From an uncultured Clostridia bacterium (GTDB lineage: Bacteria > Bacillota > Clostridia > Christensenellales > Maliibacteriaceae): 48,361 bases of DNA. This document shows, piece by piece, positions 26,054 to 33,635 of the stretch. Below the pieces are notes generated by a model that ran no database searches, was not told the DNA's origin, and saw nothing but the letters and a program-made list of their open reading frames with translations. The stretch is taken from the NCBI GenBank assembly GCA_934613185.1, contig CAKTSO010000001.1, forward strand, positions 1 through 48,361, written 5' to 3'. The position numbers and the translations under genes are program-made. The number at the start of each line of letters is the position of its first letter. Within the stretch, counting starts at the first letter, position 1.

Positions 26054-27403
26054 TTATTTTTCGTGATTTTTCAAAAAAACGCGATAAAACTTCAGCCCCA
26101 CGAGCGTCGTCAGAATCTCGGTCACGGGGAACGTCAGCCAGAAATACGCAAGCCCGAACCGCGAAAACAGCCACCCAAGCGGCACGAACAGAACCACCGT
26201 GCGCACGATCGTCAAAATCGAGCTTTGCAGGCTTTCGCCCACGGCCTGAAAGAACACGGGGAACGTCAGCGACGGGACCATCGCCAGGAAGCTCGGCCCG
26301 ACGAATCGAAATCCCCATGAACCGATCTCGATCACGCAGGAATCGGACGTAAATACGCCGAGCATTTGCGCGGGGATCGTCAAAAAACATATCGTTCCCA
26401 GCGCCATCAGCCCCACGCCGAAGACGATCGCCGCGCGAAGCGTCTCGCGGCAGCGGCCGACGCTTTTTGCGGCATAGTTAAAACTGACGACGGGGACGAT
26501 GCACGTCTGCATCGCGCCCAGCGGGATGAAGAAGAACGTCTGCCATTTGTAATACAGGCCGAGCGCCGTGACCGCCTGATCGGAAAAGCCCGCCAGAATC
26601 AGATTCAGCCCCAATATATAGAACGTATAGGCCGACTGCATGAGGATGTTCGGCAGCCCGAGGCGGAAAATGCGCCCGACGTGATGCGGGAAAAGCGTCC
26701 ATTCCGGCGGCTTTCGGAAGCCTTTTTTCATGACGATCAGCGCCGCGGCGATCTGCCCGGCGACGGTCGCATACGCCGCGCCCGCCACGCCCAGTTCCGG
26801 CAGGCCGAACATGCCGAAGATCAGGATCGGATCGAAAACGATGTTCACCGCCGCGCCCGCAATCTGCGCGATCATCGGCGTCTTCATGTCGCCCTCGGAC
26901 TGCTGCACCTTCGTCCAGACGCTTTCGCAGAAAAGCCCGACGCTGAAGACGCAGACGATCCTTCCGTATTGCACGACGAGCGCCGCCACGGATTCGGAAT
27001 CCGTCGACATGCGCGCATAGGCGGGCAAAATCGCCCACGAAATGATCGCGAAGACGACCCATAAGACAAGCGCAAGCGGCGTGCCGACGCCCGCATATTC
27101 CTCGGCCTTGTCATTTCGACCGACGCCGCGCTTTGCCGCCATGATCGTGTTGATCCCGACGCCCGTGCCGACCGCCAGCGCGATCATCAAAAGCTGCAGG
27201 GGATAGACGATCGACAGCGCCGTCAGCCCTTCGCCCGAAAAGCGACCGACGAAGAAGCTGTCGACGATGTTGTAAAGCGCCTGAATGAGCTGCGCCAGCA
27301 TGACCGGCGGCGCGAGTTTCAATAAAATTCTGCCCACGGGCGCGCTTTGGAACAATTCATTCTGCGTCGTTTTCTCCATCTTATTTTTCATCGCTTTTTC
27401 CAT
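26054..27403 (-). CDS. MATE family efflux transporter
   Basis: 449 aa, 12 TM. N-terminal LKLAPPVMLAQLIQALYNIVDSFFVGR is typical of MATE/NorM proteins. GGAGGCGGAG RBS; the start overlaps the marR end. Confidence 0.9.
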   Translation of the reverse strand: MEKAMKNKMEKTTQNELFQSAPVGRILLKLAPPVMLAQLIQALYNIVDSFFVGRFSGEGLTALSIVYPLQLLMIALAVGTGVGINTIMAAKRGVGRNDKAEEYAGVGTPLALVLWVVFAIISWAILPAYARMSTDSESVAALVVQYGRIVCVFSVGLFCESVWTKVQQSEGDMKTPMIAQIAGAAVNIVFDPILIFGMFGLPELGVAGAAYATVAGQIAAALIVMKKGFRKPPEWTLFPHHVGRIFRLGLPNILMQSAYTFYILGLNLILAGFSDQAVTALGLYYKWQTFFFIPLGAMQTCIVPVVSFNYAAKSVGRCRETLRAAIVFGVGLMALGTICFLTIPAQMLGVFTSDSCVIEIGSWGFRFVGPSFLAMVPSLTFPVFFQAVGESLQSSILTIVRTVVLFVPLGWLFSRFGLAYFWLTFPVTEILTTLVGLKFYRVFLKNHEK

Positions 27404-27845
27404 GATTCTCCGCCTCCAGCGCCGAAAAAAGCGCCTCGTCGTATCGCGTCATAAGATCGATCAGCTTATCGAAATTCTCCTCGCCGAAATTTTTCGCCGC
27501 GCGCTCCTCCATTTTGCCGATGTCGGCCAAAAAAACCGCGGCGTAGTCCTTCCCCGCCGCCGTCAGGACGAACGCCTTCTCACGCCCGCGGGAATGTTCC
27601 GCGCTTTGTTCCAGCAGCCCCTCTTCGCGCATCGCGCAGATGACGTTGTGCATCGTCTGGCGCGGCAATAAATAACTGTCGCACATGCCCTTTTGCGTGC
27701 AATATCCAAGCTCGCGAATCGTATAAAGCACAAGCATTCGGTGATACCCGATCCCGTGCGCGCCCGCCCATGCGGCGTAGATCCCGCGGCAGGCAATGAT
27801 CGCGCGGTTGACGCGGTGATGCGCCGACAAAATCGTCCGATCCAT
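27381..27845 (-). CDS. MarR family transcriptional regulator
   Basis: ORF trimmed to ATG 27845 with a GGAGGA RBS. Winged-helix core is LVLYTIRELGYCTQKGMCDSYLLPRQTMHNVICAMREEGLLEQ...KAFVLTAAG. Confidence 0.85.
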   Translation of the reverse strand: MDRTILSAHHRVNRAIIACRGIYAAWAGAHGIGYHRMLVLYTIRELGYCTQKGMCDSYLLPRQTMHNVICAMREEGLLEQSAEHSRGREKAFVLTAAGKDYAAVFLADIGKMEERAAKNFGEENFDKLIDLMTRYDEALFSALEAENHGKSDEK

Positions 27846-27866
27846 CCAACGGTTCCTCCATGCGTT

Positions 27867-27908
27867 TAATCCCAAATGGGATTATAGCATGCCGACCGCC
27901 TCCGTCAA
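27867..27908 (-). promoter_or_regulatory. marR-MATE promoter with an operator palindrome overlapping the -10
   Basis: On the - strand: TTGACG (27903-27908), 16 nt, TATAAT (27881-27886). The perfect 8+8 inverted repeat taatccca-aa-tgggatta (27867-27884) overlaps the -10, consistent with autoregulation. Confidence 0.55.
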
Positions 27909-28324
27909 GCAAAGATCACGTAAGGGGGAAACCGTTTTGATCGGAAAAGGTGTGAAGGGGATTTCTTCGACACGTTTTCGCGTTCGACGAAACCATCGGC
28001 AGTCGAAACGGAATCCGTCCGCCCCCGCGCCGCAAACGCCCGAAACGAAAGCCGGCCGTCTTTTTCAAAAAGGAGCCGCCGCACGGAGTCCGTCCGGCAA
28101 AGGCGGCAATGCCGCGCCCGCGAAACAGCGCGGCATGAAAATCCGCACGCCGAGAAAAAACGTTGACGCGGGCGCACCGCTTTCAATCCGATCGGTTGTT
28201 TGGCCGTCCTGCCGTGCAGACACCCGCAGACGGTTCTTCCGCATAAACTGACGTTGAGGGAACGAATCCTCTTTTCGATCGTTTCCGCCTTTTCCAATCG
28301 ATTTTCAAGATTTTCAAAGAAGGG

Positions 28325-28885
28325 ATGCGTATGATTTCACAACCCGTATGGCGATGCGAAGATTTCACGTTCGACCGCGTCGCGCTGAGCGTGCCGCCCT
28401 GCGGTGCGAATGCGACGGGGATCGAGCGGTTTTCCATGCGCGTGCTGCGCTGTCACACGGGCGATTCGCCCGAGGGCGCGTGCTTTTGCCAGCTGCATCT
28501 TGTCGCCCGATTCCGCCTCGTTCTGATGTTTGACAACGGCGCACGATGCTGCACGCAGTTCGAGCGCCGCATCACGTTCACCGTTCCGCGCGGCGTATTC
28601 TGCGGGCGCTTCGGCATCTCGGGCGAAGTTTCGTCGATTGCGATCTGCCCCTGCCGCTGTGGCGCGACGGCGCGGATCGCCGCCAACATCTGCGTGTTCT
28701 CGCTTCCCGAGCGCGGGTGCTGTCTTCGCGATTGCGGCAGCCCGTGCGGCTGCTTAAGCGACGACGAAGACGACACATGGGACGCGCCGTGCCGCGGCGG
28801 CGTCGTGCTGCCCTATTCGCTCGGCAGCTCCTGCGGCGGGAACCGAAGCGTCGGCGTCACGTCCTCCTGCGGGTGCGGGCGATGA
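28325..28885 (+). CDS. Hypothetical cysteine-rich protein (about 21 Cys in 186 aa)
   Basis: GAAGGGA RBS, with ATG at 28325 or 28331. Third-codon positions are G/C-biased as in neighbouring real genes. The C-terminal half has CPCRCG, GCCLRDCGSPCGC and SSCGCG. No signal peptide or TM. Confidence 0.6.
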   Translation: MRMISQPVWRCEDFTFDRVALSVPPCGANATGIERFSMRVLRCHTGDSPEGACFCQLHLVARFRLVLMFDNGARCCTQFERRITFTVPRGVFCGRFGISGEVSSIAICPCRCGATARIAANICVFSLPERGCCLRDCGSPCGCLSDDEDDTWDAPCRGGVVLPYSLGSSCGGNRSVGVTSSCGCGR

Positions 28886-29118
28886 GTTGCCGATGCGGGA
28901 AGCCCCCGCGCATCATCGTGACCGATTGTCAGAACTGCCCGCGCCCCGTTGTGCCGCCGTGTTCGTGCGGGGGCGGGTGTGATCGTCCCTGTTCCATGCC
29001 GCCGCAGCCCGTGTGCGGCAGGCCGCCGTGCCGCGCGCCGAAGCTCTGCCCCTGCTGCGGCCGTCCGCTGCCCGAGTGGCCCGAGCCGCGCCCCATGCCG
29101 CCGCTTTGGCCGCGGTAA
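28882..29118 (+). CDS. Hypothetical Cys/Pro-rich small protein (78 aa; 13 Cys and 22 Pro by hand count)
   Basis: ATGA start/stop overlap with the upstream ORF at 28882-28885. Sequence is MSCRCGKPPRIIVTDCQNCPRP...CSCGGGC...CPCCGRP. Followed by a strong terminator. Confidence 0.55.
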   Translation: MSCRCGKPPRIIVTDCQNCPRPVVPPCSCGGGCDRPCSMPPQPVCGRPPCRAPKLCPCCGRPLPEWPEPRPMPPLWPR

Positions 29119-29124
29119 AAAAAG

Positions 29125-29180
29125 TCCATAACAAAAGCGCCGGGCATGCCGCCCGGCGCTTCGTTCTTCCGTTTTCGTTT
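29125..29180. terminator. Bidirectional intrinsic terminator (Cys-rich operon / M23 peptidase gene)
   Basis: 9-bp stem agcgccggg (29136-29144) / cccggcgct (29152-29160). A T-rich tract follows on + and an A-run upstream serves the - strand. Confidence 0.7.
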
Positions 29181-29185
29181 TGCGT

Positions 29186-31123
29186 TCAGTTTTGCAGCAG
29201 ATAGTTGCGCGGATCGTACGCCGTGCCGCCAATGCGCACCTCAAAGTGCAGGTGGCTGCCGGTGGAGCGCCCCGTGCTGCCGACCAGCGCAATGACCTCG
29301 CCCTGGCTGACGGTCTGCCCGGCGGAGACCAGAAGCTGCGAACAGTGGCCGTAGCGCGTCATTTCCCCGTTGCCGTGGCTGATGTCGACGCAGTAGCCGT
29401 AGGAGCCGTTCCAGCCGGAGGCCGTCACCGTGCCGCTCTTGGCCGCGCGGATGGGCGTACCGGTGGGCGCGCCGATGTCGATGCCCGCGTGCAGGCGGCC
29501 CCAGCGATAGCCGAAGTTCGACGTGACGGTGCCGTTGGTGGGCGTCATGAAGCCGGAGGACGACACGCCCTGCACGATGATGCCGTAGCGCTTCGTGCCC
29601 TGCGCAACGACCTGGTTCGTCGCCGCTCGGATGACGTTCTCGCTCAGGACGGTGCGCTCGACCTCGGTCGAGCCGATGTAGCGGACCTCGACGGTCACTT
29701 CCTTTTCGCCGTTGACGCCCGCCTGGACGACGCGGCTCTGGCCGACGTAGAGCGAAGCGTCGGTGGTATATTCGGTGGCGAAGGCGATGCCCTCGTTGTA
29801 GGTCAGGATCTGCTTGCTGCCGACGTCGATGACGCTGTTTTGCGGAATGAGATTGAGCGTCATGCCCGCGGAAAGATCCTCGTTTGAGGAGACGCCGTCG
29901 TTGTCGGCGACAAGATCCGCCGCGGTGACGTTCTTCGCCAGGGCGATGCTGTCGAGCGTGTCGCCCTCGCGGACGGTGTAGGTATCGTTCTCGTCGACGC
30001 CCGTTTGCAGGAAGTTGAGCGCCTCGGTCTTGTTCTTCAAGAGCGAGCAGGACACGTCGCTTTGGCGGATCTCGACTTCCTGAACGAAGCCGATGTCCGT
30101 GGCGTTGTCGGCGTAGGGGGCCTTCAACTGTTCCAGAACCCAGTTGGCGTCCTCCTCGGTCGCGAAGGCGACGGCGGCCATGCCGTCGACATAGATGACG
30201 GAGGCGCTGACCTGCGCGTCGAGATTGCGGCGGATCTGCGCGCTGACATCCTCAACGCTGGAAAGATAGCGGCGGTCGACGCGCGTCTGCCGCACCTCCA
30301 GAAGCTGATCGTCCAGCACGGTCACGCCGTACTGCGCGGACAGGTCCTTGTAAATATCGTCGATGGCGGCCTGAACGTTGTCCTTGTCGGCGACCGTCCC
30401 GACGGCGATGCCGTTGACGTAGACCTCGCTTGCGTCGACGTAACGCGACGCGGGATCGAATCCGCCGAAGATCCAGAAGCCGATGACCGCGACGACTGCC
30501 GCGCCCACGGCGGACGCGACGGCGACGAGGCGGCGCGTATTCACGCGCGCATGGGTCTTCACATGGTTTTTCACCTGCGTCCGCACGGCGGAGGCGATCT
30601 TCTCGCCCAGCGCCGCGGTGCGCCCCGCGCGCTTGTTTTTGGCGCGTTTGGGCTGCGCCAGAGGCGCGACGCCGTCGATCTCTGGGATCAGATGCGTGTT
30701 TTCGTCGATGTCGCCGATGCCGAGCATGTCGTTCATGACGCGAAGATTCGACGGAATGACGTCGATGCTCTTTTCGGCCAGCGCGAGCGCCGAACGCACC
30801 GACGCAAACTGCGCGTGGCCGCCGTCGCGTGCGGGGGCGGAGACGTCCACGGGCGCAAGCTGACGGCGCATGCGGTCGGTATCCTCGAACGGATCGCGCG
30901 CGCGGGGACGGAAGGAATCGTCCATGCCCATATCAAAGCCGTCCAGGCTGTGCAGATCTTCAAACGCGGCGCTGTAATCGGTATAGCCGAAGGCGCTCAA
31001 GCTGCTTTGGGGGCGCCGCGGCTCGGCGTAGGGATAATCGCGGTTGACGGAGTAAAAACCGAACCCGCCGGAAGTTTCATAGGGCTGCGTCCGTTTGGCG
31101 GGATCGTTTGTTTTCGCCTGCAT
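29186..31123 (-). CDS. LysM-G5-M23 peptidoglycan DD-metalloendopeptidase family protein (paralog 1)
   Basis: 645 aa: cytoplasmic N-terminal region, one TM (LVAVASAVGAAVVAVIGFWIF), LysM (YTVREGDTLDSIA...LSAGMTLNL), G5-like (VVQAGVNGEKEVTVEVRY) and M23 (HAGIDIGAP...GSTGRSTGSHLHFEV). Confidence 0.9.
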   Translation of the reverse strand: MQAKTNDPAKRTQPYETSGGFGFYSVNRDYPYAEPRRPQSSLSAFGYTDYSAAFEDLHSLDGFDMGMDDSFRPRARDPFEDTDRMRRQLAPVDVSAPARDGGHAQFASVRSALALAEKSIDVIPSNLRVMNDMLGIGDIDENTHLIPEIDGVAPLAQPKRAKNKRAGRTAALGEKIASAVRTQVKNHVKTHARVNTRRLVAVASAVGAAVVAVIGFWIFGGFDPASRYVDASEVYVNGIAVGTVADKDNVQAAIDDIYKDLSAQYGVTVLDDQLLEVRQTRVDRRYLSSVEDVSAQIRRNLDAQVSASVIYVDGMAAVAFATEEDANWVLEQLKAPYADNATDIGFVQEVEIRQSDVSCSLLKNKTEALNFLQTGVDENDTYTVREGDTLDSIALAKNVTAADLVADNDGVSSNEDLSAGMTLNLIPQNSVIDVGSKQILTYNEGIAFATEYTTDASLYVGQSRVVQAGVNGEKEVTVEVRYIGSTEVERTVLSENVIRAATNQVVAQGTKRYGIIVQGVSSSGFMTPTNGTVTSNFGYRWGRLHAGIDIGAPTGTPIRAAKSGTVTASGWNGSYGYCVDISHGNGEMTRYGHCSQLLVSAGQTVSQGEVIALVGSTGRSTGSHLHFEVRIGGTAYDPRNYLLQN

Positions 31124-31230
31124 CGAAGCATCACCCTCCTTTTCAAAATTGCAAAAAGCGTTCCGCCGCGCACACGAGAAAAAAGAGCGCTGTCTTTTTG
31201 TACGCGGTCTTACAAGGTTTTGTAGGTTCT

Positions 31231-31259
31231 ATTATAGAGTTGTTACGGAATTATTACAA
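31231..31259 (-). promoter_or_regulatory. Sigma-A-type promoter of M23 paralog 1
   Basis: On the - strand: TTGTAA (31254-31259), 17 nt, TATAAT (31231-31236), then AGAACC. The same architecture occurs at paralog 2. Confidence 0.55.
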
Positions 31260-31332
31260 CTAAATTCGCAAAATCATTGTAAAAAATTTATTTAATTTTT
31301 ATTTTCGCAGACGCAGCCGCCCGTTTTCGCCG

Positions 31333-31375
31333 CAAAAAAGCCCCGCATCGTTCCCCGTCGGGAAACGCTGCGGAG
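31333..31375 (-). terminator. Intrinsic terminator of M23 paralog 2
   Basis: Imperfect long hairpin: ccgcatcg/cgctgcgg enclosing ttccc/gggaa, 31343-31373. A 6-nt U-run follows on the - strand. Confidence 0.6.
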
Positions 31376-31384
31376 CTTTCGGTT

Positions 31385-33433
31385 TTAGAAGTTGACGTAA
31401 TTTCTCGGATCCTGCGCCGTGCCGTTGACGCGCACCTCAAAGTGCAGGTGGTTGCCGGTGGACACGCCGGTGGAGCCGACGAGGGCGATCTGCGCGCCCT
31501 GCGAGACGTACTGCCCGGTGGAGACGAGCACGCGCGAGCAGTGGCCGTATCTTGTGACGACGCCGTCGCCGTGATCGATCTGCACCATGTAACCGTAGCC
31601 GCCGTTCCAGCCGGCGTAGGTGACGCGTCCGGCGCGGGTGGCCATGATGGGCGTGCCGTAGCCGACGCCGATGTCGATGCCGTAATGATAGGAGCTGGCG
31701 CCCGCGGTCGGGCGGTTGCGCCGGCCGAAGCCGGAGGTGATCGTGCCGCCGTTGACGGGGCGAAGATATCCGCGCGCGGAGACATTGCTCGGGCGCTTCT
31801 GCGTGCCCTTGACGATGATCTCGGTGACGGGTTCGACGGTCACGACTTGTGACAGCGTCTCGCGGGAGACCTCCGCGCCGTTGATGTAATTGATCTGAAT
31901 GGTGGACTTGCGCTCGCCGTCGCTGCCCTTTTGACGCACGACGGTCTGGTCGGAATACATCGAGTCGTCCGTGATCGTCTGCGTCTCGTGCGTCAAAGTC
32001 TCTGTGACTTCGATGACGCGCTCGGACGAGACGTTCAGGAGTTTTTGCGGGCGCATGAGCGAAAGCTCCATGCCGACGCTTAAATTGTCGGTATTCGCGA
32101 CCGCCGGGTTCGCCGTGCGAAGCTCCGCGACGGTGTAGCCGTTTTTCTCGGCGATCGACCAGAGCGTGTCGCCGGAGGCGACGGTATAGGTCTGCGCGGT
32201 CTCGACGCCGACATTCAAAAGCTGATAGGCCTCTTCCTTCGTGCGAAGGAGGCTGTAGTCGACGTCCTTCTGCTCGATGGAGACGTCCTCCAGGAACTTC
32301 GTCTCGGTGATCCCGTCGCCGCCGGAATAGGGCGCAAGCGTCTCGTCGAGCACCCACTGGGCGTCCTCCCGCGTCTCCAGCGCGACCGCCGACATGCCGT
32401 CGATGTCGATGACGACGGCGTTGACGCAGATTTCGATGTTGCGGCGCACCTCCTGCGCCACGGCGTCCGCGGAGCTGACGTATTTGGGATCGACCATCGC
32501 GTCGCGAAGATCGAGCGTCTGATCGGCAAGAACGTTGACGCCGTATTCGGTGCTGAGCTGTTCATACAGCGCCTCGACGCAGCTTTTTAATTCCTCCGCG
32601 TCCATGACCGTGCCGACGGGGTGGCCGTCGAAATAGACTTCCTTGGCGGCGACGTAATTGCGGGAGGCGTCGAACAGACCCTGATACCACGCCAGGATCA
32701 CGCCGCCGCAGGCGAGAACGAGCGCACCGCAGACGCTGCCCGCCGCGATCCACGCGCCGCGGCCGGAACGCTTCTTTTTCGGTGCGGCGCTGCATGCTTT
32801 TTCCACGCGGCGGCCGACGCGTTTTTCCGTGCGGTCGAGATGCCTTGCGCCGAACAGGCGCTCGCGCAACGTCTTTTTTCGGCGGGCGGGGCGAAGCATG
32901 GCCATGCGCGCGTTTTCATACGGGGCAAGCACGCTGTCGTCGCCCACGGCGCGCTTGATCTGCGCGGAATAATCCGCGCGCGGCGTGCCGTCTTCGTCGA
33001 AGCGGACGGGCGGCATGGACGCGGTGTCCGCCATATTTCGCGAGGCGGGACGGGGCGGCCGGTGCAGCGCGTTCAGCGCCTGCGCGGCCTCGTCGAGCGC
33101 GGCGGAAGCGCCTCGGGCCTGCGCGTCGACGTCAAGGTCGACGATGTTGCCCGACAGGTCGACCATGCGCATGGTGTTCCCGAGGTTCGCCTGCCCCTCG
33201 ATCGCCTGCATGCGGATCGTGTGCTGGCTCAATTCCATCGCGGGCGGCGCGCCCTGCAGGTTCTGCCCGCTTTGCGCCGAATCGAGCGGGCGAAGCGGCT
33301 TGGGCTGTTTCGCATCCGCGCCTTTCGTTTGTTTTATTGCCTTCAGGCGGCGCAGCCACGCGGGGCCGACCCAGCGGAAGCGATATTTTTTCTTCGCTTT
33401 CCGCTCGCCGTCGTTGTTTTTATTGAAATGCAT
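31385..33433 (-). CDS. LysM-G5-M23 peptidoglycan DD-metalloendopeptidase family protein (paralog 2)
   Basis: The ORF-track start 33469 is a TTG. ATG 33433 (MHFNKNNDGERK) has a GGAGG RBS 8 nt upstream. Same TM-LysM-G5-M23 layout (YTVASGDTLWSIA, VVRQKGSDGERKSTIQINY, HYGIDIGVG...GSTGVSTGNHLHFEV). Confidence 0.9.
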   Translation of the reverse strand: MHFNKNNDGERKAKKKYRFRWVGPAWLRRLKAIKQTKGADAKQPKPLRPLDSAQSGQNLQGAPPAMELSQHTIRMQAIEGQANLGNTMRMVDLSGNIVDLDVDAQARGASAALDEAAQALNALHRPPRPASRNMADTASMPPVRFDEDGTPRADYSAQIKRAVGDDSVLAPYENARMAMLRPARRKKTLRERLFGARHLDRTEKRVGRRVEKACSAAPKKKRSGRGAWIAAGSVCGALVLACGGVILAWYQGLFDASRNYVAAKEVYFDGHPVGTVMDAEELKSCVEALYEQLSTEYGVNVLADQTLDLRDAMVDPKYVSSADAVAQEVRRNIEICVNAVVIDIDGMSAVALETREDAQWVLDETLAPYSGGDGITETKFLEDVSIEQKDVDYSLLRTKEEAYQLLNVGVETAQTYTVASGDTLWSIAEKNGYTVAELRTANPAVANTDNLSVGMELSLMRPQKLLNVSSERVIEVTETLTHETQTITDDSMYSDQTVVRQKGSDGERKSTIQINYINGAEVSRETLSQVVTVEPVTEIIVKGTQKRPSNVSARGYLRPVNGGTITSGFGRRNRPTAGASSYHYGIDIGVGYGTPIMATRAGRVTYAGWNGGYGYMVQIDHGDGVVTRYGHCSRVLVSTGQYVSQGAQIALVGSTGVSTGNHLHFEVRVNGTAQDPRNYVNF

Positions 33434-33484
33434 TCGCAAGACCTCCGTGAAACGGCGCTTTTTCTCCAAAAGACGCCCGGTTCT

Positions 33485-33513
33485 ATTGTAAATATATTAC
33501 AAAGATATTACAA
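33485..33513 (-). promoter_or_regulatory. Sigma-A-type promoter of M23 paralog 2
   Basis: On the - strand: TTGTAA (33508-33513), 17 nt, TACAAT (33485-33490), then AGAACC. Confidence 0.5.
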
Positions 33514-33554
33514 GTCCCTTTTTCCTGTCAAAAAGGGCGGCGGGCAAATACGGA

Positions 33555-33583
33555 TTGCCTCTGTGTGCATTTCATATTATAAT
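33555..33583 (+). promoter_or_regulatory. Sigma-A-type promoter of the dnaD-like gene
   Basis: TTGCCT (33555-33560), 17 nt, TATAAT (33578-33583). Confidence 0.5.
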
Positions 33584-33635
33584 AGATTTGGTATAGTTTC
33601 GGCAAATCACTGCCTGTAAGATCGGAGAAAATGCC

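Noticed and set aside
27889-28297. ORFs 27889..28251 (+, 120 aa) and 27905..28297 (-, 130 aa) in the marR / Cys-rich intergenic region.
   Set aside because: Both are Arg-rich with no RBS, they overlap each other on opposite strands, and they show no motif. The region is treated as non-coding.
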